A DNA stretch of 63,998 nucleotides, counting the filler, from Perkinsus olseni (Eukaryota), in assembly GCA_013115125.1 (NCBI GenBank). It is 4 parts of 4 records of this genome, joined end to end, with 100 filler letters (N's around TTAATTAATTAA, not from the genome) between each part and the next. Parts side by side here need not be neighbours in the genome. Positions count along the whole stretch, not along the records: positions 1 to 16,249 come from JABANN010000681.1; positions 16,350 to 32,536 come from JABANN010000682.1; 2 more parts are not named here. One strand, written 5' to 3'. The position numbers and the translations under genes are program-made. The stretch's first letter is position 1, and every line of letters starts with the position of its first letter. Under the pieces are notes generated by a model, which saw only the letters and a program-made list of their open reading frames with translations, had not been told where the DNA came from and did not search any database. Below, piece by piece: positions 12,230 to 24,072 of this stretch.

Positions 12230-14618
12230 GCGATTCGAGATTTATGCTTGAGAAGCATCCCAAGTTTCCGTCGGTGCATAGTCTTAGATGCTAGTCTTCT
12301 CGTTTGCCCAGTGATTGCGGTTGTCTTTAGTTCAGTTGTCACAGATATACAATGCGAACCAAACCGTTATGCAAATCGCAAAAATTTGGATTTCTCCGCT
12401 GGTAGAAAGTATATACGTATCAATGGGGGACAGCACATGTGTTTCGAAGAGAGGAATCCGTTGATATATCGATCAACCGTTTCATCGACCGTTTATGGTT
12501 GTGCAGAGCGCGAAGTAATTTTCGCGCGCACCAGCTGTAGCATTCTGATATGCAACCGTGCCGCTTCGAGGTAATACTTGACCAAACACTTCGCCGCGGA
12601 CATTCTAACGCAGAGGTCTGTGCTAGGGAGAGTCTTCAGCTTGTATTACCCGGCTTCTGTAGAACTGTGCGCTACAGAACTGCTCCATTATGCCTTTGGT
12701 TGTCGGCCAGGCCTCGAAGCGCGAAATGATGGACTTGATGACGGATGATGGGTAAAGCTGATGTTCGCAGCCCTTGTACTACTTGCTGAGTCCTTGCGAA
12801 TGTCAACAAGCCCGGAGGTACGCGCACGGCGAGCCCCTGCGTTCGTGACTGGGTGAACGCTATTCGGGCGTTCGCGCCGTACGGACGGTTTACTGGACGA
12901 AACGGGCAAATATCAAAACTTTTTCGTTTGTCCCAGAACGCATTGCGATTGGCTTCTGATCGGTATACAAACTGTGGCCTAACTCGCCAAAACGATGAAA
13001 TTCTCACTTATTCTCATAAGTGACGTTTCAACTGAAAATGTCACTTAAGACTTAGTTAACACACAGCAGCCCGGAAGCCGCTGATGGGGCTGGATTTCTT
13101 ACTACTACATCCACACGCAGCTTGAAACTTTTAAGCAGTAAAATCGGCGATTTCGGAGCGAGCAAGTTTAGCTGAGCAGTTACAATTCCGCTCTAAAATG
13201 TTTCTTATCACTAACCGTATACCAAACGAAAGCCAATGGACGGCACTTTGCAAGTAAGCAATCCGTATGTACTGACTTGACCGTTTCATCTATGAAACGG
13301 CTGTTCTGATGCGCGTGCCCGGTGGCAAATCTCCTATTAAAGGCCAAATCGCCAATAATATACCTACTTAGCTACACAGGAGCCTTTGTAAATCATCGAC
13401 GGACTCGCCAGAGCAATATCAGCCCCACAGTTCCGCACATACAAAGAGTTATCCGTCATCTTGCTGCTCAGGGTACGGACTACTCCAGTATCAGGTAAAG
13501 GAACTATTCTAATGCAGAAATAAAGTGAAGAGGTTGTAGACATATGCAGGGGAGTCAGAATCGTGAATAGCGAAGTGTCAAGTCCTCCGGCGAAGTGTTT
13601 GGTCAAGTATTACTTCGAAGAGGCACGGTTGCATATCCGAATGCTACAGCTGGTGCGCGCGAAAATTACTTCGCGCTCTGCACAACCATAAACGGTCGAT
13701 CGATATGCCAGTGGATTCCTCCCTCCGAAACACATATCCTGTCCAGCATTGATACGTATATACTTTCTACCGGCGGAGAAATCTGAATTTTAGCGATTTG
13801 CATAACTAACACCCGAACTGTCGTGGTGGGTTTAATTGATTGTGGGAGATGGAGGAAGTGCCAGTTTGAAGCCCGGCATAGCACGTCACGCGCGCCTTGT
13901 CGGGTTGATACCGTTTTATAATTGATGGGTAGGTGGAGAACCGTAGGCGATTTTCCCTCTCCCTTCACAATGAATATCTAGTGGAAGAACGTTATTCCGG
14001 ACCGGTTCCTCATCCAGATGTCCCTCAGTAGTCCGCATTTGGTCCCATTGGTGAGGCTCACGCGATGTGTTACTCGAGGATCACAGCCTGTATCGGAGGA
14101 AAAGCTGGGCCCAGACTCCACTGGGCCGATCTCAGATGGAATGAACTTGGGGCTCTCGAATGCTCTACATTCATGGCCACGCATTGATCCCCCTCATTGC
14201 GAACAAGATGAGGTGGGATGGGCATTGGTCATTCAAAGTGCTACTTCTGGAAGCTCGTAGAACTAACCTGGCCTCTCAGGATTTGTGCGGTCCTGCGTGG
14301 CACGAGGAACGGTCCGATCACCCGCACGAGATGGCTTGTTGGTCAAACCGCACAAGATGACTTGTTGGGTGAGCCGTCGATGTCTGGCTCCGTTCGATGA
14401 GAATCGGTCTATTCCATTGTACTCTGCGGCCTGCTTTTTTCGACTGAATGATGTCGAATGGGCACCTTGATGGCGTCTCAGGCTTTGGCGATGAACTTGT
14501 GCGCGAGTAACTCTGCGTGCAAATGTTTTAGCTGATCAGAGTTTTCAACCGTGCCCCTCCATGTCGAAGTCGTCGATCACTGCATTCACTCGCTTATATC
14601 AGTGTTCATCACTCTCAA

Positions 14619-15419
14619 ATGTTGGCCACCTGCCTCTTCTTGGTTCAGATCCTTGTGGTATGTATAGATGCCTACAGAAGCGAGGGTACGGTTGCTCGTA
14701 ACGAGCAGATATCCGACCCGCCGTTCATTCTGAAAACAGTGTACATGGACCCTCCGGACTGCATCAACGCGTCATTCCATGACCCTTTGCCCACAGTCAA
14801 CTGTTATTTTGTTCGGGCCAATGCGACGCTGGTCAACCCAGGGCTTCTCTGGCAATCACCCTTAAATCTGAGCACCTGGCATTGGCCGGCTAACTTCGAA
14901 CTGTTTGTGGTGTCCTCGAGAAGAACTCGTGAGGTTATTGATGTCGGAGCTTTTGGACAAGGTCGAACTCCACTAACGATCGATCTCACTCACAGTGCTT
15001 TGCAATTCAAGATCATCCCTGGTATCACGATTGACATACTTTACGATGTCCCGTTCTTCTGGAAGCTAGGAGGAGGCCGTAAAGTCCATTATGGCTTCGA
15101 GTTGAATTTCCCCGTATATTTGAGAGCTGCGGTCACCGTGCCTGGTTTTGGGAGAGTTGTCCTTCCTCGAACGGGAGCGAACGCTACGGCTTTTACGACC
15201 TTTAAGAGTAATCTTCGACATTATCTAATATCCAACGTCGTCACGAAATGGGGAACGACTAACTTGTCTGCTGAGGTGGGGATATCAGTAGCAATGCTTG
15301 CGGTATCTATCTATCATTGGCATTACATATCTTACTTGACATTTGTGATTTCTGGTTCGAAGGACGGTTTCTCGTTCACCTACTCCAATAGGCTGCCCCT
15401 CTTCGATAAAAGGCTGTGA
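14619..15419 (+). CDS. Intronless secreted hypothetical protein (266 aa)
   Basis: Hydrophobic signal peptide MLATCLFLVQILVVCIDA, several NxS/T sequons, and a paralogue at 76..387. Confidence 0.8.
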   Translation: MLATCLFLVQILVVCIDAYRSEGTVARNEQISDPPFILKTVYMDPPDCINASFHDPLPTVNCYFVRANATLVNPGLLWQSPLNLSTWHWPANFELFVVSSRRTREVIDVGAFGQGRTPLTIDLTHSALQFKIIPGITIDILYDVPFFWKLGGGRKVHYGFELNFPVYLRAAVTVPGFGRVVLPRTGANATAFTTFKSNLRHYLISNVVTKWGTTNLSAEVGISVAMLAVSIYHWHYISYLTFVISGSKDGFSFTYSNRLPLFDKRL

Positions 15420-16249
15420 TTTCGACATGTTATTATCGGAGTGGTATCCGATGCCAACATTTCGGATACTTCGGACTCCAGCAGGTTGACGCTTGTTTGA
15501 TTTCTTGAAGACGTTGCTCATGACTCGGCTCCTAGAGTCGTGCCCGAGGCTAATGTGTCGTAGAGATACGATTAACGATTTGAGAGAGCTCATCCGTTGA
15601 CTACTATGATATCATTTCCACTCTCTGGTCAATATTCCTTCCTCTGCTTACCCTAACCGAACGAATGAACCTCGAAGCAGATATCGGACTTTGGCAAGTA
15701 CTTCGGGATTCTTTCACTTCTTCTCGCTCCGGAGCTGATTTCGAGATGGATGTCTATGGTTTCGAGGACGTTCTCTACATCCGCTAATAGCAGCCTGCAC
15801 GCTTCCCCGGCGAATCTCTTATGCCGATCCCAATACATGCAAGCTGGATCTGACAACCGGGAAGCCGGATACCTTCGGATTTCGAGCAGTCGAAGGTTAT
15901 CTGATTTTTAAAAATGTATGGTCGTCTCTCCAAATCACGGATATGGATATGGATAAGATTCAACAACGTCATCAGAGTCTCAAATTGTCGTCATCATCAT
16001 AATAAAAGCAGTGAAATTCTTCGGTCAGTATCCTTGCCCTTTACACCCGAGTGTCAGCCACTTAGGCGGCCGTTATCGCTCAATCCTTGAGGCCTGTGTT
16101 CATCGGCAGTGGCCCTTCTAATGGGATTCCTCGGTAGGGGCGATCTTGCATTTTGCACCTGATAGAACCTTCGCCCGCTGAGCGATTGCCGACATAGCGG
16201 AGCAACTAAGAGGAGAACTCGGCATACATATTTCCTAAACAGCTCTCTA

Positions 16250-16349
16250 NNNNNNNNNNNNNNNNNNNNNNNNNNNNNNNNNNNNNNNNNNNNTTAATTA
16301 ATTAANNNNNNNNNNNNNNNNNNNNNNNNNNNNNNNNNNNNNNNNNNNN
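16250..16349. other. Assembly linker (N-run containing TTAATTAATTAA)
   Basis: 100-nt N spacer with a six-frame stop linker, identical in design to the other two linkers. Confidence 0.98.
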
Positions 16350-16880
16350 CGTTCGCGCCAAGTAGAGGATCTTGAGGACTCCGTCCGTGACCACCGGGCT
16401 CCACAAGTCTTGAGTGGTACTATAAGGCCAAGGTGCCCTCGTCTTCATCTAGGAGCTTGCTGAGATCAGGAATGTGCTTGAGCACAGCCTTTGTAGCGGC
16501 GGAAAACTGTCTGCCTTCGGGGCCGACCTTGGCCTGGTCTTAACGAATTAAGCTGTAGTCTCCACGGCCCTCCAGCTCGCAGAACGGTCCATAAATGGGA
16601 GTGCCGCACGGCCCATCAGGGAAGGCTTCGAAAATGCGACGCCTTTGGTCCGACCGAACTCGACTATAAGTGATTCGCGAGTTACCCGCAGCTAGTTGGA
16701 GACCCCAACTAGCTGCGGGTAACTCGCGACCCCAACTTGGGGTATGCGAGTACATCGCTGATCTATTGCGTGAGCCAGCTTCACCTAGAATCTGCGCCAT
16801 CACGGTTAACGTGATGAGAGCCCCTTTGAAAGGCAGACCTCCCAGAAATCACGAGAGTGGCGCTGTACGGTACAGCCTGT
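16350..16880 (-). mobile_element. Relic of an LTR-retrotransposon 5' leader related to the Gypsy element at 24-32 kb
   Basis: 16670-16870 (GTGATTCGCGAGTT..CCGCAGCTA..GCGAGTACAT.GCTGATCTATTGCG..AGCTTCACCTAG..GCGCCATC..GATGAGAGCC..AGACCT..GTGGCGCTGTACG) matches 30798-30874 joined to 32193-32281. A degenerate coding-like frame follows on the minus strand. Confidence 0.7.
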
Positions 16881-19652
16881 AGCCGACACTCACACACACA
16901 GATACTTATGGAGCCTTTTGTCCCAGCGTCAGTCTTGAACCCGTTCTCCGTTCTGCTTTCGAAGCATTGTATTGTATTTCAACTTGAGCTTCTCAAGTTG
17001 AGACTCTCACTGAGAAAGTGATTTTCAGTGAGAAGAATGTCACGCGCTGAAGCTCAATCTGCGTGGATGGTCTATGATGACCACGGCCATGTAATGGTCT
17101 GAGGATGATCCTTGACTTGTTGTGTCTGCCCTTTACGACAGAATTCCCAGACGGCATGCCCACCGTCGGTGGCCCACCGAACCGTATCAAGATGGTCCAA
17201 GAATCTTGGGTGCACAAATCCCAGAACATATAGGAGTCGAGCACGTACTGAGAGCTTGATGACGGTGTCATCAAGAATGGTGTTCGCTGCAGCGACTCGC
17301 TGCCAGCGAGAGTGCATGAGCAGCTTCGTATCGCTACGCTGCTCTTGTAACTGAGCAGCCCATCGCTAGCGTGGTAGTAATAAGGGCCACCAAATATCCG
17401 CTATTGCATCTTAGCGCTTGAGAACGCACACTGCCAGACCGCCTGCCACTGGGAGACGGGTTAGTGACACCAACTGAGTGTTAGTGGCAATGCCTCAGTG
17501 TCTCTGAGGCATCATGCATGGACTGTTCATGGTGGACTTAACTTCATGCAGAACGTTTTCATTGGAAAGTCTTGCGAGCGCAAGATCCCCCCATGAATGG
17601 ATGCATGCATGCATCCCCCCCATACTTCCTGAGTCCGGAATGTTCAATAGTGTGAGAGTCCGAACTCGTGATTGTGTAGAATCTCTCTCGTTTGTGTGAT
17701 GGAGACATTATTGATCGATCTATCTTTCGCTAGGCTCAAGTGATGTACATTGGACCAATGTCATTGGTGTTATTTGTAAGATAAGTAGGAAATCTACTTG
17801 TCCTCTACATCTTCTATAAGTATTGGTTACTATGAGTTACTCTTTTGTTGGGTTCAAGTTCAACGAGGACTCGCACCGCGACAGGCAGGAACCCAACACT
17901 CCGCGCTATGGCTCCGATACTCTACCAATATTCCACTTCATCATTAGTGACATGCAGAGCAATTGCCCAAAAGTGACTCGCGAATGACACGGTGAAATGC
18001 TATCCTTCGAGATCAGTCTCTTGACGTGGAGAACTCGGCTTTTCGCCTTCTCCGCATGGCAGTAGGCGAACTGCGGGGTCAAAGACATATCCTCCTAAGA
18101 GTCAAGGTCACGAGAAGTCTGCGTAATGTAACTCACGTATAATTTTATCGAATACTTCCCAGGGGCAGTGGTCGCCTCCTGTAAGACAGGGGTCGGCCTG
18201 CGCTGGAGTTGGTCTTCCAGCACAGCGAGCGTATGCTAAGGCATGTCCGATCCCTGGTGAGATATACCTGATGCAGGAGTATGCCTCGTCCGGAGAATCG
18301 CGACGTCGTCAAGCTCACCAGTAACTCGATTCCTTCGAGTAATACAGCCACATGTGGGAATTCACGACATCTTTCGCAATCTCATGCCCACCGCCGATAG
18401 ATGAAACTTCGGAGCTACTGCTAGCGATCGACCGTCCGGTCATCACTCCCACCTGAGCCCCACGGTGCTTATCCAGCGTCACCCGAGTCGAAAACCTCAG
18501 CCTTCCCCGGAAGTTGTCGCGGTGGCTGCAGATCGCTCTGGCAGGCATCTGAGAGGCGGAGTGCGTCAAATCATCAATCTCGGCTTCGCACACCTTCAAC
18601 ACTGTACGGACAAGGTACATCGCCCATTATTCGCCTCATGTCACTGTACACACGATACACGAGTCTCGGCGAGTGCCTGACAGAAGAGTTCTATACTGAG
18701 TTTGATCCGCCACGCAGATCGCTTCAAGCGATCCGCTTAGCACTTGTGAGTTCTCCCGACATCGTGTCCCATTTTGCGAACAATATCCCAAGCAGCTACC
18801 GTCCAGCATATTAACTCCTCGCGCTTCTCTTGCACTTTGACATACACTGGCCTTCCGTCATTGCTTATGTCAAGTCGTCCATATATTCCTGCGAGACGAA
18901 GAAATCCGGCTCGCAAGGATCGGCCGCGCCACCGTTAATTCTCTGATTTAGGCCTTTCCTGCCGGTCACGATAATCATGTCAGGCGTACAATGTCGCATA
19001 TATCCGTGGACGGGAAGGCGGTCGTATTCTTTGCTTTTAGAACCTGGGAAACAGGCTGCTCTCTCGCGGTTCTCGTTGTGACAAGAGAGGTACCTATGAG
19101 GTCCTCTGTGCCTCTCATCAGCCGCATGCTCATACGTGACAACTTGCTCGCGTTAGCGGGAGTCTTGGACTCTTCAGTCGTAACGATCCTCGCTGCTGTC
19201 CGCCGCCTCTCGAGTGCTGCTGGCTCAAGCTTTCTCACCTGGCAGTTCATACGCACCGTCTCCCGCAGATAACTGGTCGGCCGGCACGGCAAGCTCTGTC
19301 AGAGCCCACTTCCTCAGCATATGTATCGGGTTGACTGCCCGTTGAATGCACTGCGCCCCATATTCGTGCTTCTATGTTTTTCGCCGCCGACGATATACGC
19401 GAGTTTGCGTGGCTGTCTGACATTCGTATTCTAATTCAACAAGCCTATAAGGCTGCTATCATTTCGGCCCAGGGCCGACAGCCCTCAGTCGCTGCTGCAG
19501 CATGGAAGCTGGGGCTAGAGTCAGCCACAGCGAAATCGGCCTTGCTGCAGGTTTAGGCTATGGTGGCGAGGACAGCTCTCCAAGCCCCACGGAACAGCTC
19601 TAACGCGGCACTCTGTGTCGCGGCTGGTATTTTACCACCAGAGTCTGCTGGT

Positions 19653-19684
19653 AGGCCCTAGACCAATCTCTCTCGGTCAAGGGT
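19653..19684 (+). repeat. 32-bp direct repeat, copy 1 (internally palindromic)
   Basis: AGGCCCTAGACCAATCTCTCTCGGTCAAGGGT, identical to 21505..21536. Confidence 0.92.
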
Positions 19685-19901
19685 GCTCCAAAATGGCAGC
19701 AATTCTATTTTCCCAATCTTTCCTGCGGAAAATTTCCTGCGGCAACAAAATGGTGGAAAAATATGGAAAAATAGCAAAAAACGTGAACCACAGGAAATCC
19801 ACCCAAAAAACCGTTTTTCGGCCCACCCGTAAGCCAAAGCGTGGGAACCGGAGGCTTGGCAGTAGAATTTTCGCCACTGGCGTCGCAAATCGGGGGACAG
19901 A

Positions 19902-20725
19902 GGGCAATTCCCAAAATCCAAGGCACCTGACCAAAATCCAAGGCACAATCTCGCTCGCCCGCGCTGGCCAAAATCCAAGGCAACCGACCAAAATCCAAGG
20001 CACCTGACCGATATCCAACGCATCTGACCGAAATCCAAGGTTTCGACCAAAATCCAAGGCGGGTGAGCGTTTTACAGGGCGGGCAGCACTTTTCATGAGG
20101 TTTGGGTTCATGGAAGTTACGGTAAGCACTCCATTAGGTGTTGGTCGACTTCTACTAGCCTCAACGTTGTAAGAGGAGAAGTTCGCAATGAGAAACAAGA
20201 GCTCGACGCATGATCCCCAGGTTCGAACCCCGGGAAGGGCTTTTTTCCTATATTCTCTTTTTCACCACAATTCTCTCCCTTCTGCGACAGTTATAACCCT
20301 TTTATCACAATTTCCTCTATTGTGCCACCTTTTCTCCGGACTCTGGAGTCCAGAGCTACCTCTATTCGGGTGTCCAGAGCCGTTGCTACACTTCCAACCC
20401 TCGGGTGACCTATTACCTACAACGCAAAGCCTTCCGGATTGGGGTGAAGGTGACCTTCAGAAGGTCGCCCGAAGGGCGACCTGAGTCGGGTTTCTGGTTC
20501 ACGGGGGTTTCGGTCCGTACTCTGCTAGGTCTTGGTTTTCTTTTTTTTGACGCTGCGTGGTTGCGTGACGACCAGCAACGCAACGCAACGCAAGTCAAAA
20601 CGCGCACAGGCCAAAAGACAAGGAGCACATTTCGCTCGCCCCGCGCTGTCTCCTGGAACAGCGCCTTGGATTTTGGTCAGGTGCACTGGATTTTGGTCAG
20701 GTGCCTTGGATTTTGTACTTTGCCC
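19902..20725. mobile_element. Mutator-like non-autonomous element (MITE) with tandem-repeat TIRs
   Basis: Left end GGGCAATTCCCAAAATCCAAGGCACCTGACCAAAATCCA; the reverse complement of the right end is GGGCAAAGTACAAAATCCAAGGCACCTGACCAAAATCCA. There are 20-bp subterminal repeats. The 9-bp flanks GGGGACAGA and GACGACAGA match at 7/9 and resemble a 9-bp TSD. Confidence 0.75.
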
Positions 20726-21504
20726 GACGACAGACTGCAATCTGCAACGCAACGCGCCGACCCTGGGCGGGCGCTCATACAAAAAACGCATTCTCAACTC
20801 CAACGGCTGCTCTTCCCCCGGAAAGCTGGGCAATGAGTTCTGAGTTGACCTTTCCTCTCTTTCGTTCACATATTCCCACAATGGATCCTCGCCCACAGGA
20901 ATGGAATAGACGTGATTGGCGAGCGTAAGAACGAATTGGAGATATCGCCGATATGGTATCGGGAATCTCGTGTGAGTTCCCTCAGGGACAACAGCAACAC
21001 GTTCAAAAGAGACACCAGAGGACCCTGGGGGGAGGAGGAGGAGGTGCCCTGGCCCAGGGCCCCTGGGCAGTGCCCAGTAGGCACCGTCCACCAAGAAACG
21101 GCATTTCGATCTTGCGCTCTTGCAAGATCTAGCAAAGTTTCCATTATTTGGAAATAATGTGAATTCTGGCGTTTCACAAGAGCGCAAGATTAGAACGGCG
21201 GACTTCCAGGTCAAATCACGTACGAGGTGGCTCTCCGAGGACTGTCCTCGGAGGACATGAATGCATTCCACGAGAACCGCTCACTGAGCGGCGCTCGGCG
21301 ATTACTGTGAGACTCATAGGGTGAATTAGATTTGTGGGCACGTCTCACAAATTCAGCTTTCCTTTGCACACTCGCGAACCCGATGGATTCAAGATTAACG
21401 CGCGAGGCGCGAAAAATTTTTCCATATTGTCTGCCACTGGCAGACTGCTGAGCAGACTGGTGGCTCCATCGCGGCCACCAGGCTTGCCGCGCATGGGTGT
21501 GCTA

Positions 21505-21536
21505 AGGCCCTAGACCAATCTCTCTCGGTCAAGGGT
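21505..21536 (+). repeat. 32-bp direct repeat, copy 2
   Basis: Identical to 19653..19684. Confidence 0.92.
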
Positions 21537-21725
21537 TCGACCCTCCATGAAGGTCGCGATGGCGGTGATATGTACCCTAATCTTGATTAGTAGTACTAAT
21601 TTAGTACCATCATCGTGTTTTGTTTGTAGTGCGTACGAATGTGTAAGTTTTCTAATGACGAGTGTGAGGCAACGGTGTCGAATATCGATATGAAAGTTTT
21701 TTAGCTGAAATCAGAGCTCAGAGCA

Positions 21726-21926
21726 GCGAAATTGAATGTACTACCGGCGAAATTGATTTCCGCATTTCGTCGAAATTGAACTTACTTCGAGGATGCCGGC
21801 GAAATTGATTGTACTATAGCGCGCACTGGCGAAATTGATTGTACTATCGCGCGCGCTTGCGAAATTGATTTTACTAAGGCATATCTTGGCGCGGGTGTTC
21901 GCTCGCCCTGCGAAATTGATCTTACT
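21726..21926 (+). repeat. Array of ~7 (G)CGAAATTGA(TTGTACT) motifs with variable spacers
   Basis: CGAAATTGA recurs about every 20-50 nt, upstream of the P450. Confidence 0.8.
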
Positions 21927-22264
21927 GACCCCGAAATAGGCATTTAAAAGGTGTAGTAGTACTGCCGTCGCCGTCGTCAGACAGCAATCTATTCGCTACT
22001 GAGTAGAGATTCGCCACGCAAACAAGTGCTAAGTACGCAGTAGTTGTGAGTTCGCTGGATCCTTGTGGCGCATAATACCATCGTTGGTCTAGCTTCGCGC
22101 AAGAGACGCAAGTAGCGTGTACGCAGGCACAGACGCCGGAGTTGTCACTCGGAAAGAAGTTCTTTCCGAGTTTCTTTCTCTTTGCGTTCTTTCAAAGAAC
22201 GCACTTGATCCCCGGAGCACTATCTTTCTGATTTAGCCCCTTAGTTTGATAACGCTGCCCCTTC

Positions 22265-24072
22265 ATGCTCAATACGTTCCTCAACCGAGTCGCTCCCGGC
22301 ATGCTTGAGATCCTCCGTCGCCGCACAGATACCATGGTCAGAGGAGTCGGAGCCCTCCTACTCGGCTCCCTCGTCTGGAAGATCGTGAAGACGGCTCGTC
22401 ATCTCGCCAAACCGCTGCCTTTCCCAGGCCCTCAGGTGGGATGGGCAAATAGCGGGGCAGTCTTCCGAAGGCAGCTTATTTTCAGGGAGCCCCAATGGTT
22501 GGAGTGGCCCTCGAGCTTGACCCGAATACAGCTCTAGCTCGCATGCGATCCTGGATTAAACACTATGGCGAGACCATTTCCTTTAGGTAAGGTTTGTGAC
22601 TCGGTCTGCTCGCCTGTATGCTCGGGATGGCGTTGATGATGAAACGACGAGCGCTAGTTCTATGCTGTCTCAGAGTCTTCACGACGACCTTCATCGCCAC
22701 CGCTAACCCCGATACTATCAAGAAGATACTCAAGGACTCCAACAAGGGCTTGATAGTCCGCCAGCTCAACAGCCTCAATCTACTGCCCAAATCTGGGATG
22801 TTTTTGACTGATGGGGATGATTGGAAGATGAACAGAAAGACAGTCGACCCAATCATGGCCGAGCCCAATGTTCGTGGGATGGTCCCCGTCATGAGCCAGA
22901 TGGCTAACAGACTGATGAGTTGGCGACAATCCTCGTGAGGTTCTTCGTCTGGGAAGATCGGATGTTCAACATCCGCGTGTGATCAGGTGCATGTCACCTC
23001 AGCTCTGGCGGACTCGTCTGGCATGATTCATAACTGGGAGCCGCATCAATGGCTTCAACTCGCTGCACTTGACTTCACCGTGCCCACACACTTCGGGAAA
23101 GACTACAATCTTCTCAGTCCACTAGGCGGGCAAATCCTCAGATCCTATGTCAAGCGCCGCGCTCGTCCGCTCGTCTCAGGTTCTGACGGCTCGACTGACC
23201 GCGAGTTTGTCCACAAGACATTTCGAGACTTCCTAGAAGGTTTTGACTTCATGCTTAAGCACATCCAGCTCGCCCCACTGATGAAGAATAGATATCCTTT
23301 CAAGCTGAACCAGAATGTGGCAAAAGTAGCTTCTGAGAAACAATGAGATCTTCTCAAACGATGCCTGCTGACTCAGCAATGCTGGGTCTGCATTGCTGAG
23401 GACGGATGCAACACATGAATTGTTAACTTCATCTAGCCGTGAACGACTACGTCCGTTCGTTCCGCGTACAGTGCGGTTATTCAAACGCTCTTGATAACTC
23501 AGTTGCACTCGGCTGTCGAGAACGTGGAGAAGTTCTCGAGGCATATCATAGAAGAGCGACAGAGAGCGCTGGCAGAAGGAGCCACGCCCGCATGCAACAT
23601 CCTCGACAAGCTGATTTTCATGGGAAAGCGGGAATTGGCCTGGAATCTTGTCACGTGAGCGTTTCAGTAGTCTCCACTATCCCGAACTCATTCCTGTCTC
23701 AATCAGGTTCACCTTGAGTGGGGGCTCTTCGGCGGCACCGAATCGGTGCCATCCACTATTGAGTGGTTCCTCTACCTGATGTCAGTACACCAGGAAGCCC
23801 AGAAGATCGCCAGGGCAGAGGTTGATGCTCTCGGGAAAGCCCCCACTGAAAATGATGATCTCGACAAACTACGATATGTAGAAGCGTGCGTTCTGGAGAC
23901 TCTCCGCGTGAGTACCTCAAGACGCCGTTTGAGGCTCCCTGAAGTCGAGTTTCGGCTGTTTCAACTATCCTGAAGGGCTCAGGAGGATTTAGTCTGCTCT
24001 TTGCAGATGAACAACTCGACGCCTGGTCCGCTTCCGTATGTAACTGCTGAGCACTGTGTGATCGAAGGAAAG
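22265..24072 (+). pseudogene. Cytochrome P450, 3' end cut off by retrotransposon sequence
   Basis: Membrane anchor plus PLPFPGP, GMFLTDGDDWKMNRK (C-helix WxxxR), I-helix FGGTES, K-helix EACVLETLR, and a next exon MNNSTPGPLPYVTAEHCVIEGK. No PERF or FxxGxxxCxG motif follows. Confidence 0.82.

Noticed and set aside
17000-19300. Possible minus-strand multi-exon gene
   Set aside because: Only scattered protein-like fragments; no model or family could be supported.
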